From positions 38,068,001 to 38,132,000 of the forward strand of contig OZ024757.1 in the NCBI GenBank assembly GCA_964016885.1: 64,000 nt of DNA. The letters are read 5' to 3'. The DNA is from Eledone cirrhosa. Lineage: Eukaryota. Below the pieces are notes generated by a model that was given only the letters and a program-made list of their open reading frames with translations, had not been told where the DNA came from and searched no databases. Below, piece by piece: positions 1-14,527 of this stretch (position 1 is the stretch's first letter; each line of letters starts with the position of its first letter). The position numbers and the translations under genes are program-made.

Positions 1-262
1 TTATGTAAATATATATATGTATGTAAATATATATATATTTATGTAAATATATATATGTATGTAAATATATATATATGTAAATATATATATATATATGTGT
101 ATGTATATATATATATAAATATATATGTATGTATATATGTCTGTATATATATGTATGTATATATGTCTATATATGTATGTATATATGTCTATATATGTAT
201 GTATATATGTCTATATATGTATATGTATATATATGTATGTATATATGTCTATATTCATATAT
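1..262. repeat. interrupted (TA)n/(TATG)n microsatellite
   Basis: TA runs punctuated by G or C, read directly. Confidence 0.95.
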
Positions 263-407
263 TTTAATGTTTCTCTCCTGTATCTATTTGTCGATTATTT
301 CAATGTTTGCACCCCCCCCCCTCACTACACATCATTTCACAGAATCTCCCTACTTCTTGCTTTTTCACTGATTCCCAAATAATTCGTCCATTTTATATTA
401 TTGAATT

Positions 408-915
408 CATGCTGTTGTTGTTGTCGTTGGTCTTGTTGTTGTTGTTGATCTTGTTGTTGCTCTTATTTTTGCGCATGTTGGTGGTGTTGTTGTTCTTGTT
501 GTGGTTCTTGTTATTGCTATTGTTGCTGCTCTTGCTAGTTTTGTTGTTGTTGGTGATGTTGTTGTTGCTGCTGTTATTGCTGCTATTGTTGTTGTTGCTG
601 CTGTTGTTTTTGTTGTTGTTGCTGAGTTGCTGTTGCTGACGTTGTTGTGGTTGTTGTTGCTGTTCGTGTTGTTGGTGTTTGATTTATAGTATTTATTTTT
701 CTTTTGTTTTCTTGTGTCTGACTGTGTGTATGTTTGTGTGTGTGTTTGTGTGGGTGTGTGTGTTTGTGCGTGTTTGTGTGTGTTTCTGTATGCTTGTGTA
801 TGTTTGTGTAAGTGTGTGTGTTTGTGTGTGTGTGTTTGTGTATGTTTGTGTATGTTTGTGTGTGTTTGTGTATGTTTGTGTGTTTGTTTGTGTGTATGTG
901 TTTGTGTGTGTGTGT
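408..915. repeat. (TTG)n trinucleotide tract followed by a (TG)n/TGTTTG tract
   Basis: direct reading; explains the poly-L/V/T ORFs. Confidence 0.95.
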
Positions 916-1097
916 TTCTCATTCTATTGGTCGCCAACATCATCATCATCATCAACGTTATAATTAGTCTTAACCTTGTCATCGTCGCCGCCACCATCGC
1001 CCTCTCCGTCGTCATCAGAATTATCATAATCTTAATTTGCATTCATTCATACTCTACTTGGTAGTAATAATAATTATTGACAAAATTATTTGCATAC

Positions 1098-1570
1098 ACA
1101 TCATCATCATTATCACCATCACCACCACCATCACCACTATCACCATCATCACCATCACCACCACCATCACCACTATCACCATCATCACCAGCATCACAAC
1201 CTTCACCACTATCACCATTATCACCACCATCACCATCTTCACCACTACCACCATCATCACCACCTTCACCACTATCATCACTATCACCACCTTCACCACT
1301 ATCACCATTATCACCACCATCGCCACCGCCATCACCATCAGCACCACCTTCACCATTATCACTACCATCACGACCATCAACCCCATCACCAACATCAACA
1401 CCACCTTCACCACCATCACCACCATCAACATCATCACCACTATCACCATTATCACCATTAACACCACCACCATCATCATCAGCACCACCATCACTATCAC
1501 CACCATCATCATCAGCACCACCATCACTATCACCACTACCATCAACATAACATTCACCAACACTATCAAA
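1098..1570. repeat. (CAC/CAT)n trinucleotide tract
   Basis: direct reading; explains the poly-H, S/P and T/I ORFs. Confidence 0.95.
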
Positions 1571-2010
1571 CATTACTGTCATGACAACCACCGATAACTC
1601 TCTCCGGTTCACTCCCACCATTCCTTAATCTAGTTATTGCCCTTCCTCATACTACTACCTTTAATTCTTTCAAAGTCTACAAAAAAATGTAACACTCCAG
1701 TCTGGGATCTATCTTTCCTCTTCTATATCTCCTTCTCACCTCCTTCATTTCTTTCACGGCTTCTCTCAAAGAAATCTGGTCTGTTCTTCTCTGTAGAAAG
1801 GAAGGTTTCCATAACATCTAAAACACACAAGATAAACCACATATGCCGCAGACATCCCCACGATTCCATCGAATGTTACAGTTCTCTCGATACATACAAC
1901 TAAGTGTTATAATTGATTAGGTAGGTGAGCAAAGGTGTTCAAAATGTAGCTATCCGGTGATTTTGTAAACCAGGTACTACAGAATAGTGCAACGTTATAA
2001 CTTCCATATA

Positions 2011-2491
2011 AGGGCAGTAGATTATCAGTATCGGTAAAACCTTGGACACCATGCTTCGCTGTATATTACGGATCTTTACGTTCTAAGTTCAAACCACGCT
2101 GGGGTTAGCTTTGCCCTTAATCTTCACGTTGTCGATAAAATAAAGTACCAGTAATGTACTGGTGTAGATTTAATCATGGCATCTTTAGAACACCACTTTG
2201 CCTTTCATCCTGACGGGGTCGATAAATAAAGTACAAGTGATGCACTGGGGTAAATTTAATCGTGCCATACCTTCGTTAGCAATCATTATTACATCCATAC
2301 AGCGGATTGGCAGTATCGGTAGAGGGTAGGACGCCATGCTTTGCTGCATAGAGTTACGATCCTTTACGGTCTGAATTACAATCCCGCCGAGGTTAATTTA
2401 ACTTTCATCCTCACGTGGTCTATAAAATAAAGCAACAGTAATGCACTGGGATAATTGCTGGCCTGGTGCTAAAAGTAGAAAGAATTATTAC
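2011..2491 (+). mobile_element. three SINE family A copies or fragments (about 2011-2176, 2196-2262, 2302-2491)
   Basis: A-box-like TGGCAGTATCGG, B-box-like GTTCAAAT, body ACTTTGCCTTTCATCC..GGGGTCGATAAAATAAAGTACCAGT (resembles the Nin/Deu-type SINE domain; inference), tail GCTGGCCTTGTGCCAAAAGTAGAAACAATTATT. Confidence 0.85.
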
Positions 2492-2889
2492 GTCCATATT
2501 TAATTAGCATGTCATACGATCATTACACGATGGAATTTTATGATTTAGCGGGTACTCGACTATTATTTTTAGCAGAACAAGTAAATAGGTAAACTGAACA
2601 AAAAAGAGGGGTTCGGCTTATGAACCTAATGGTGTATTTTATCACAATAAAAGCTTAAATAACGGGAAAACTCTAGAAGCAGGGAAGACGTCAAGTATAG
2701 AAAAGCAAAACTTGAAAGAATATGGAAAAGAAACATGAAAGAAAATTAGAAATATGGATGTAAATAATATGGAAGGGTAGAATTAATCTTGTACTAAATA
2801 TTGAGTTGATGGATGAATGAATAGCTACATATTACCATGTAATTATACATATTGTCATGTAATTATACATATTGTGTGTGTGTTTGAAT

Positions 2890-4412
<1,523 letters not shown>

Positions 4413-4783
4413 ACTTAGAAGAGCCTATTCAATTCCTGAATGCTACTTAGGCAAGAATTATCATGTTGTCAGTCATTGGATCTGTGGATGATTACATGGG
4501 AAATGCACTAATGGATAAAAATATTCCTTAAAATATAAATATATCGATATTATAATTTGAAAACGACACCTCAAAAATATCTAAATGTGAATATATTTAT
4601 TGACACTAATAGATATTGACAAACATATATATACGTATCTGAATATATAAGCTACGTAAACACACGTACAGAGGTATTGTTGAGATGAGTTTAACGTGTA
4701 AGTTAAACGTTCGTACCGTGTTGCATTAATGCCCTTGTTTGAGGCCAAGCTGTGTATAATATTAGTTCAACATTTGTGAGTTT

Positions 4784-4985
4784 GAAGCTCGTGGCCTAGT
4801 GATGAGGATGTAGGACTTACGATCATAATGTCATGTGTTCGTTTCTTTGGCCGAGTTGTGTTGTGTTCTTGTAGAGAAAACATTTCATTTCACGTTGCTC
4901 CAATATACTTAAGCTGAAAATGAGTACCAGCGTTAGCTGGGTCTTTAAGTCTGCGTTGGGCTGGTGACCTTCCCAGGGGAGAACC
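4784..4985 (+). mobile_element. SINE family B copy (tRNA head plus CORE/Meta-like domain)
   Basis: GAAGCTCGTGGCCTAGTG head; TGTGTTCTTG..ACATTTCATTTCACGTTGCTCCA..AGCTGAAAATGAGTACC matches the copies at 9225, 11687, 16892, 39345 and 62634. Confidence 0.75.
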
Positions 4986-6032
4986 TGATTCTCTGTCTCT
5001 TAACATCGGTACTGTGTTTGTCCCAATTTACGTGGAAACTGTGACAAACAGTACCGATGAATCTCCGGGCTCAAAAGAGACTAAGCAATTTGGAAGATTT
5101 AAGCATCATTAGGTTTGTGATTTCAACGAATATTATTGGTATAAGTCAACATTTAATATATTTAACGTGGGATGGAACGACATAAATGAGATGAATGTGG
5201 ATTAATGCTAACATATTTGTGTTGTGGTCTGTCACAATGACTTTGGTGTAGTTACTCAACGGATCATTATGGTCGAGGTCAAATTGTGGGGTCGTAAATT
5301 AAAGTACCAATCAAGTACTGGGGTCAATTCTATCGAGATTCGACTCTACAATTCGCTTTCTTTGCGGTTGAAGTAGCGACTAAGATTGCTAACGTGAAGG
5401 ATGCTTTAAATTGACAACAGAAACACATCAAAGCAAAAGACAGCATAATGCAAATCCCAAGAATTATATACACACTGTTGATTTCGTTTTTGTTTTGGTT
5501 TCAACAATCATTGCTTGAGTTGTTCTAGAAATTGGTATATTTAAAATGAAAATAACTATTAATTCTTGAGGATATATAACTTAATGAGAATTTTAATTAG
5601 TAAATATCAAGTCATAAATATGATGAATTGTCAAAATTAAAAAAATGTAACCGTAATACGTAATCAGAGATGTTGAAATATTATCTAAGGCTATATGTTT
5701 CAAAACATGTACAGATTTTAAATTGCACTCATAAATCAGAACAGACTTTAAGGCAACTGACATAAACGATGCGTTGCCATATCGCCGAGATAAATTTTAA
5801 TTTTCCTTCTTTCGTGTTGGCAAAATGAAATACCAATTTAATTGTGGTGTGTTGACGGAGTTGTTAGAGGCTCGGTATCAAAATCCTTTCTCTGCAGTCA
5901 TTGTTCGAATTTCGCCCTTTTCTAACAGCATTTGGGGCGGTACATGTGGTTGCAGAACATGTAATCGTAGTGTGCATAGTGCTTGTACCACTTTACAAAA
6001 GAAAATACTGAAGTTCTATACTATAAACACAT

Positions 6033-6083
<51 letters not shown>

Positions 6084-6157
6084 GTGTGTGTGCATTATGT
6101 GTGTATATATATATATATATTTACACACGTGTATGTCTGTGTGTATATATATATATA

Positions 6158-6290
6158 TAACGGAGGAAGTGTGGTAAGGAACTAGGTGGACCATAACGCA
6201 CCAGAGTACTCGATACATTGGGTAGTAGCGTGGGTTATAGGAAAAGAGTCAAGAACTCGACGGCCGTCGGGGTTTTGACTCCTTTCCTAT
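6158..6290 (+). mobile_element. short TA-embedded dispersed repeat, family C1
   Basis: AACGGAGGAAGTGTGGTAAGGAAC..GGACCATAACGCACCAGAGTACTC..GCCGTCGGGGT..TTCCTA; homologous to 18229, 28519 and 33695(-); (TA)n on both sides. Confidence 0.85.
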
Positions 6291-6345
6291 ATATATATAT
6301 ATATATATATATATAAGATCAAAAGATGGTTAAAAGAGTTCCATG

Positions 6346-6416
6346 TATTTTATTATGCGCATTTCAAAAACAAATATCATCATGGGATGATATTTGTGTT
6401 CTCATCAGATAAAATA
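6346..6416 (-). ncRNA. type I hammerhead ribozyme motif (family E, copy 1; element about 6317-6460)
   Basis: minus strand reads TATTTTAT CTGATGA GAACACAAATATCATC-CCAT-GATGATATTTGTTTTT GAAA TGCGCA TA ATAAAATA: 8-bp stem I, complete core, long stem II, palindromic stem III. Confidence 0.85.
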
Positions 6417-6502
6417 GGGAGAGGGAGACATGATATGAAGCTTAAAAAACACTTGCGAACAGTGAAGTGTTAAATATCTCTCTATATATAGTGAAGTGTT
6501 AA

Positions 6503-6535
<33 letters not shown>

Positions 6536-7914
6536 AACAGCTCCAATGAAACTGTTTATATTACTTTTATTTCCATTTAATTAACCATTTTCATTTCACG
6601 TTGTTCCACTATATTCAACTGATAAATGAATACAAGTAGGAACTGGTGGTGACCCGAGATATATTGATATCATGTACTGTATCAGATCATGCTAATGGCG
6701 CTGCTGATTAAAAATTGTAAATTTTGATGAAAATATACTGATGCTAATGATTACGAACGAAGAGATTAATTTGAACGTAAATTCCTAAAATTAATAATCG
6801 TAATAACTGATATGAAATGATTAAATAATACTTTAATATTTATATAACACCAATAAGAAATACATCGCAAACAATGATGCTTAAAACAACACTGCATACG
6901 TAAATATACTCTAAAAGTTACTGTAATATAATTAAACATTTATATCTATTTACATTGAAGGGTTTATAAATAGTATGAGGTATATTAAAGTGTCTTTGCT
7001 CAAGATGTTTGTTTTGTCAATTAGAAATATTTAGGTAAAGAATGTATGGTTGCCTCTACGAAATATGAATGAATGTGTGTATGAATGTGTGTGCGTGTGT
7101 GTATATGGATATGAGAGCGTGTATGTGTTTGCGTGTGTTTGGATCAGAATACAATTGATTTAATTTGATTCTAATTCATAGATTTGTAAATATTATATAT
7201 ATACACACACATACACAATTATATATAAATATATATATATAGGTTTGTAAATGTATATATATACGTATATATATATATATATATAAATACACACATAGTA
7301 AACATACATAGATACTCGTATATATATATATATATACACATATAAATCCACATGTCACATAATTAAATAAACATATACGTACACATGGACTTGTATACAC
7401 ATGTATTCACTCAAACACAGCCCCCCCCCCCCACACATACACACTTATATATGTATGTGTGTACAGGTGCGTGGCTGAGTGTATATAATTGTTTAATCAG
7501 GTATGTATATATATGTATGTGTATGTATATATATATATATATATATATATACGTACACATACATATATATACATACCTGATTACACAAATATATCTATAT
7601 ATATATATATATGTATGTATGCATATTTAGTATGTCTATATTTACATATATAGGTTCTCATATAATCAAGTAATTGAGGAATAAGGGAGAATCGAATCTG
7701 CAATAACAAGGAAATATAGGGAGTGTAGAATGTATAAACACGTGATTCATATATATATGTATGTATATATACACTGTACCACAACTCCCTAAAAATGAAA
7801 GCAGGAGTGTAGATGAAGTAAAAACAGTTTGAAATAAACGCAAGGAAAATGGGAGATGACAGAGAAGTATTGTTAATTATATATACTGTTGTGAGAATAC
7901 ATTGGAGAATGTTA

Positions 7915-8034
7915 TATATGTGTGTGTGTATGTATGTATATAGTTATATATGTGTGTTTGTTTTTGTGTATATATATATATATACATAAACACACACACG
8001 TATGTGTATGTATTTATATTTGCACTGTCTTTGT

Positions 8035-8124
<90 letters not shown>

Positions 8125-8586
8125 ATATAAATATATATATATGTATATAAATATATATATATATGTGTATATATATATATGTATATAAATATATATATAT
8201 ATATATGTGTATATAAATATATATATATGTGTGTATATAAATATATATATATGTGTGTATATAAATATATATATATGTGTATATATAAATATATATGTGT
8301 GTATATAAATATATATATGTGTGTATATAAATATATATATATGTATATAAATATATATATATATATATGTGTGTATATAAATATATATATATATATGTGT
8401 GTATATAAATATATATATATATGTGTGTATATAAATATATATATATATATGTGTATATAAAAATATATATATATATGTGTATATAAAAATATATATATTT
8501 TTATATACACACACATATATATATATATTTATATACACACATATATATATATTTATATACACACATATATATATATATGTATATGA

Positions 8587-8640
<54 letters not shown>
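7915..8640. repeat. interrupted (TA)n array with a GTGTATATAAAT higher-order unit
   Basis: direct reading. Confidence 0.95.
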
Positions 8641-8642
<2 letters not shown>

Positions 8643-8934
8643 GAGTAATACCTGTGTTAAATAAAAAATAGAGTTATATTATGATAGTAAAGAGTAGTAT
8701 TTGAACAATTTCGATTTCCATGTAACACGTATTATACCTGAAAGGATTTTAAGTAAATTTAGCTTAATATTTCTTACTTGTTAATACATATCTTATTAAG
8801 TTTGTTAATGGACGACTGATCATTAGCTTGAAATGTAATGGAAATAGCAGTTCGACATATTGGCAGCCAGGCTGCGTCAAGAAACATTATAACGCAATAG
8901 AAAATTGAGAATGTAATCTCAAAACCTGAAATAA

Positions 8935-9228
8935 TAATGTGGTGGTTGTTGGAATACGTTGGGGGAATTCTTAATAAGTAGGGGCTCTTGAATAAGAAGG
9001 TGTTGTAATTAGCTGGTGGTTGTTGTAATGAGCTAATAGGGGTTGGAATAAGCTGTTTAGGGGTTGGAATAAGTTGGTGGTTGTTGGAATACGTTGGAAT
9101 AAATCTTAATAATCTAGAATGAGAAGAAGGGTGTTGTAATGAGCGGGCGAAGGTGGAATAATAGGTTTGTTTTAATAAGCAAGGTGGTTGTTGTAGTAAG
9201 ATGTGTAGGGGTTGGAATAAATTGGTGG
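8935..9228. repeat. degenerate minisatellite of about 20 bp (GGTGGTTGTTGGAATAAGCT-like)
   Basis: GGTTGTTG and GGAATAAG motifs recur; the repeat resumes near 9480-9535 after a SINE B copy. Confidence 0.7.
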
Positions 9229-9375
9229 CTATGTCTTAATGGTTAGAGCATTGGGCTTGCAATCGAAAGGTTGTGAGTTCAATTCTCAGACCGGGTGATG
9301 TGTTGTTTCCACGAGCAAGACACTTTATTTCATGTTGCTCGAATTTACTCAGCTGTAGAAATGAGATGATAGGAC
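9225..9375 (+). mobile_element. SINE family B copy
   Basis: GGTTGTGAGTTCAATTCTCAGACCGGGTGATGTG..GAGCAAGACACTTTATTTCA..ACTCAGCTGTAGAAATGAG. Confidence 0.85.
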
Positions 9376-9650
9376 TGGGGTCCCTATCATTAAATTATCC
9401 AAGACACCTCCGACCTTGGAGGTGGCCAGCTATACCTGCATAGGCTTGAGCCGTCACACACAGACACACACATCATAAACTGGTGGTTGTTATAATAAGC
9501 AGGGGGTATTGGAATACACGGAGGTGGGTTTGAATATATAGACAGAAACTGGGAGACAAACAGACAGATAGAAACAGTGAGAGAGAGGGAGACATAGATC
9601 GTTGGTCACTTTTGTACTAGCAAATATTTATAGCGATTGACCGATACATA

Positions 9651-9696
<46 letters not shown>

Positions 9697-9753
9697 ACAC
9701 AATCTGTACAGTATATGGAAGCAATATATTAGGTTAACGCTTGATATAGCAGG

Positions 9754-9865
9754 AAGGTTATCTGTCGGATAGGTTGGAAACGTGTCCTCCGCTGTTCGTT
9801 GTTTTGAATATTCAAAACAACGAACAGCGGAGGACACGTTTCCAACCTCTCCGACAGATAACCTT
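9754..9865. repeat. 112-bp near-perfect palindrome with one mismatch and no spacer
   Basis: AAGGTTATCTGTCGGA..TTTTGAAT|ATTCAAAA..TCCGACAGATAACCTT. Confidence 0.95.
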
Positions 9866-10811
9866 GTCCCGGAAAAAAAACCCAGTTGATGGATGTGAAT
9901 ACGAAATATATACGGACATTTAAATCTCTCCCAAGGTAACTCTATCTCGTGTTATTATTTTTAGTTTTTACGCTCTTTCCTACGTTCTTCTACGCGCTAT
10001 ACGAGCATCTCATTCTACATTCACTTACATCTCTCTCTTCACCACCGGATCTTGTTACCCGGAGAATTACCCATCTGCATAGTTGAGGCTTCCAAAACGA
10101 CCTAAATATATATATATATATATATATATTGAGTAAGAATATTTTTCGAAACAGCGAGCGGGTTTGAAATTATTATAAATGTAAGCTATCGCCGTATTTT
10201 GACTAAAGAAATTAAAGAAATTATTTAGCCTGGTAGTGGTGTTAAGAACCCTCGGAGAAATGGAAAAAGATGAGTATTGACCTACATGGGATTAGTTATA
10301 TATATATATATATATATAACTAAACTCTCTCGCACTCTCATTATGTTATGTATGTACTTATATCCTAGCTTCACATTCTTCATCTTATCTTCACTTCATA
10401 TATATATATTTCTTTAAGTCATCTTTCTCCTATATTTCGTACATTCTAAATAATATAAAATATTTAAATAGAACTTACTAAACTTAATATTCTATTGTAT
10501 TCCAATAAATATCAGGCTAGCCATTCAATCCATAATTATTCCTGAAAGGAAGCTTTCATTAATAAGCGAATTATCATGGAAGCACATATCCCGGTTGTAC
10601 CCTTGTCGTTATCAATTATGTAGTACACTAGATCAACATTGTATCGTTGCTGTCTTGTTGTTTTATTTAATTCAATTTAAATTGTATTTTATTTTTAGTT
10701 ATTGAATGCCATTGCATTTACGTTCTTCAATTTCAATTAATTGCAGTTAAAATTTGACACCGTTAACCCACTGGTGGTCAGGAGTATTTCTATTACTTTT
10801 TACTAATGGCA

Positions 10812-10903
10812 AGGGCGGTGGATTGGCAGTGGAATCGGCAGAGCGTCGGTCATCGTGCTTTGTGGCAGAGAGTTACGGTCTTTTATGATCTGAGTTCAAA
10901 TCT
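10812..10903 (+). mobile_element. SINE family A head fragment
   Basis: AGGGCGGTGGATTGGCAG..CTGAGTTCAAATC. Confidence 0.8.
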
Positions 10904-10919
10904 TTCACACTCAATCAAT

Positions 10920-11420
10920 ATATAGGACCAATAAGGTTGTTACGAAAGAGCCAGCAAATTGACAAGTCGACCCTAAATATGACTCATAACTCTAGGAAAA
11001 CCATGAACGACATGACACCTTTGGTTATGGAAGTAGGTTTATAATTATTAATTTCCATTATACTTTTGTAGCTTTCTTGGCGGCTTAGTTAGAGTAATCA
11101 TAGACGGTGGTGATCCTGGTCTGAAGTTCGATCCTGGTCGGGAGTAGGGTTACGTTAAACCTTTTCATTTTTTTTTCTATGGATTGTAAAATAAAAACTG
11201 AAAAAGACTATATGTACCGCTTGACCAGGATTGAAACCAAGACTAGGAACTCCAACGTCTCTAGTACCTACCACTGAGACAACTACGAACATCTACTGAA
11301 CATCTATACTTATAAACCTACTTTCAAAATGTACAATACAAAATGATGTGGTGGCCTTCATGTCTTAATGTTATTGCTCCTACTTAAGGTCGACTTCTAA
11401 ATTATTTGGGTGTTCTATAA
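10920..11420. repeat. diverged foldback element of about 500 bp with tRNA-like arms
   Basis: inverted pairs AAGTCGACCCTAA/TTAAGGTCGACTT, AGTAGGTTTATAA/TTATAAACCTACT and ATCCTGGTCG/TGACCAGGAT. Confidence 0.7.
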
Positions 11421-11686
11421 ACTACATCCTCGTTTTGTTTCTCCTCTACCTTGACTATATTTTAACCTGTAATCCATGTTTCATTTCTGTTGCACCTCAT
11501 CCCCCCCCCTTCTCTCTGTGGTATTTGAATCTACTATGATTTGATCTTACCTTATCCATATATATATATTGTGCATGTCAGTTGGACTCAAACTTACAAT
11601 GATTGGCATTATATATATATATATATATATATATATAGATATATATATATATATATAGATATATATATATATAGAGAGAGAGAGAG

Positions 11687-11883
11687 AAGGCGCGTGGCTG
11701 AGTGGTAAGAGATTTTGATTCTACGATTCCCGGACAGTGTGATGCATTATGTCCTTGAGCAAGACACTTTATTTCACATTGTTCCTTCTACTTGGAGTTG
11801 CGACCGGATAGATAGTATTAGCAATTGGAAATACCTATCAAAACATTGTTTCCTCGGTCCGATTTGACGAAAGTCGATCGACT
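11687..11883 (+). mobile_element. SINE family B, subfamily B2 (distinct 3' tail)
   Basis: B head and core plus tail TAGCAATTGGAAA..AAACATTGTTTCCTCGGTCC..GAAAGTCGATCGAC shared with 28181(-) and 62634. Confidence 0.85.
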
Positions 11884-11889
11884 GTCGAT

Positions 11890-11925
<36 letters not shown>

Positions 11926-11934
11926 GACAGCAGA

Positions 11935-12100
11935 AGAATTAACCCCATGTAGTGGATTAAATTGATACCATTTTATCGAGCAGGATAAGATGTTAAGAAA
12001 AGTTCCATCTCCGAAGGATTTGAACTCACAGTACAAAGAGCCGGAATAACTGTGACATCACATTTTATCCGGCATTCCAAAGACTCTGTCAATTTACTAC
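11935..12100 (-). mobile_element. diverged SINE A-related copy
   Basis: TTTTATCGA..GGATTTGAACTCA is the reverse complement of the body and B-box. Confidence 0.6.
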
Positions 12101-12283
12101 TGTATAATAGCTGTTTAATAACATTATAATAACTGTATAACAACATTTACATGGAGTGTACCATATATATGTCAAGTCGTTTTAGGATGAAGTCAAAACC
12201 TCAAAAGACGTCCGCATTGTATACATGTATATATATACATACTTGCTCACAAGTGTTTTTTTAAGCTTCATATCATGTCTCCC

Positions 12284-12354
12284 TATTTTATCTGATGAGA
12301 ACGCAAATATCGTCCCAGGATGATATTTGTTTTTGAAATGCGCATAATAAAATA
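12284..12354 (+). ncRNA. type I hammerhead ribozyme motif (family E, copy 2; element about 12248-12375)
   Basis: TATTTTAT CTGATGA(12292-12298) GAACGCAAATATCGTC-CCAG-GATGATATTTGTTTTT GAAA(12335-12338) TGCGCA TA ATAAAATA; predicted cut after A12346. Confidence 0.85.
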
Positions 12355-12494
12355 CATGGAACTTTTTTAACCATCATTTAATTTCTTCTTATATACATAT
12401 ATATATACAACGGAATATATAATTTGTTGGTAATTCAAGCAATATATATATTTATAACAGATTCGACAAGATTTTCTGGAGTATAATATCATTG

Positions 12495-12518
<24 letters not shown>

Positions 12519-12527
<9 letters not shown>

Positions 12528-12704
12528 GAAACACACAGATACATGCGGACACACACATATATACATGAATGCATCCGCACCCAACTGTGAGTTAAGGGTG
12601 CCAACTTCACCGGTGAAGTTGGCACCCTTAACTCACAGTTGGGTGCGGATGCATTCATGTATATATGTGTGTGTCCGCATGTATCTGTGTGTTTCTAAAT
12701 ATAT
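12519..12704. repeat. 186-bp perfect palindrome centred on CACC|GGTG (12611/12612)
   Basis: arms are reverse complements by eye; the ORF track shows mirrored MCVSACICVFLNI ORFs on both strands. Confidence 0.95.
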
Positions 12705-12967
12705 TAATAACTCCCTCTGGTCGGGCAATCTTTGAAGTGTGGGGACAACTGGAAAGCTTCCATTACTCATACTTCTCGCCTTCTTCACTACCTCTTCTGC
12801 GGCCTCGATATGAATACCCCCTCCGCCTCCGTGGTATTTTCTTCGTGGTTATAAGAGGCTTAGCTCTGTTTCTCGACCGTTATATCGCGTGACTATCTCC
12901 CCCTCCGCCTTTTGGGATTCTTTCTCACGTCGTGTAGACGCGTTCCTGAGACTAGTAAAATGAGGTA

Positions 12968-13055
12968 TCCTCTTGATAAGTCGGCAGACCTCGCAAGGAC
13001 TCTATATCTTTGATATATTGTTTTTGTTTATGCCACGAAACTACGTAGTCGAGGA
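12968..13055 (+). ncRNA. degenerate hammerhead-like motif
   Basis: TCCTC TTGATAA GTCGGCA..TGCCAC GAAA CTACGTAG TC GAGGA; two substitutions relative to CTGATGA; palindromic stem III ACTACGTAGT. Confidence 0.55.
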
Positions 13056-13124
13056 ATTTAGGAACAGTTTAGGTATGATACATTTTATTACTAATTATAT
13101 CTAAATGTTTCTTCTCTCTTCATA

Positions 13125-13389
13125 ATGTATATATATATATATGTATATCTGTGTGTGTATGTATATCTGTGTATGTATATATGTATATCTGTGTGTGTAT
13201 GTATATCTGTGTATGTATATATGTATATCTGTGTGTGTATGTATATCTGTGTATGTATATATGTATATCTGTGTGTGTATGTATATCTCTGTATGTATAT
13301 ATGTATATCTGTGTGTATGTATATATGTATATCTGTGTGTATGTATATATATATATCTGTCTGTATGTATATATATGTGTGGGTGTGTG

Positions 13390-13442
<53 letters not shown>

Positions 13443-13617
13443 ATGTATGTCTGTGTGTATGTATGCATGTGTGTGCATATATATGTGTGTCTCTGTGTGT
13501 GTATGTGCGTGTATATATATATGTGTGTGTGTATATGTGTGTGTGCGTATATATGTGTCTGCGTATATATGTGTGTGCATGTGTGTATATATATATAATG
13601 TGCGTGTATATATATGG

Positions 13618-13655
<38 letters not shown>

Positions 13656-14180
13656 GTGTGCATATATATATATATATATCTGTGAACATATATATATATA
13701 TATATGTGTGTGTATGTATGTATAAACATAACAGATGAACACATTGATTTGCCTGCTTTTGTAATTTAAGCGACAATAAACAATTTGTTTGGAAGAATGA
13801 AAGACTTGTAAACATATCCACAGAGAAGGATAAATGGCATATTTATTCTGCATGAAATACACCAATATATCTACTGTAATGTTCGTATGAGGAAACATTT
13901 AAAAATAATGTCATATATATATATATATATATATATTGTGTGTGTGTCTGTATGTGTATATGTATGTATGTCTATACGTATGTATCTGTATAGATATGTA
14001 AATATGTATGTATATATATGTATGTGTATGTATATATATATATATATGTATGCGTATGTGTATGTATATATATATATATTTGTATGCGTATGTATATATA
14101 TATATATATATGTGTATATATGTATGTATATGTATATTTGTATTTATACATGTTTATGTATATATATATATATATGTGTG

Positions 14181-14213
<33 letters not shown>

Positions 14214-14345
14214 TTACGTTAATGTATGTATATATGAATGTGTGTGTGTGTGTGTCTATGTACGAATATGCAGATGTGTTAATATGTACATGTATATAAA
14301 TGCATATAAATATATGTATATTATATATATATATATATACAGATA
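13125..14345. repeat. TA/TG/TATG microsatellite blocks, including a tandem unit of about 40 bp at 13140-13340
   Basis: direct reading. Confidence 0.9.
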
Positions 14346-14527
14346 TCAGTAAAAGAAACACTGTAAGCATACATATGTTACATTGAACGATTTTTAAATG
14401 CTAAGGATGCACTTTAAATGTTATTTAAACATAATAAACCGTAAGAATTATACTTGTGACATTCCATTGCGAAGTAAATCTGTCAGAAACATATATTAAA
14501 ACACCAGCAAGTATCGAAAGATGAATA

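Noticed and set aside
407-1621. poly-His, Ser/Pro, Gly/Asp and poly-Leu ORFs
   Set aside because: Trinucleotide repeats open in most frames, with no unique coding context
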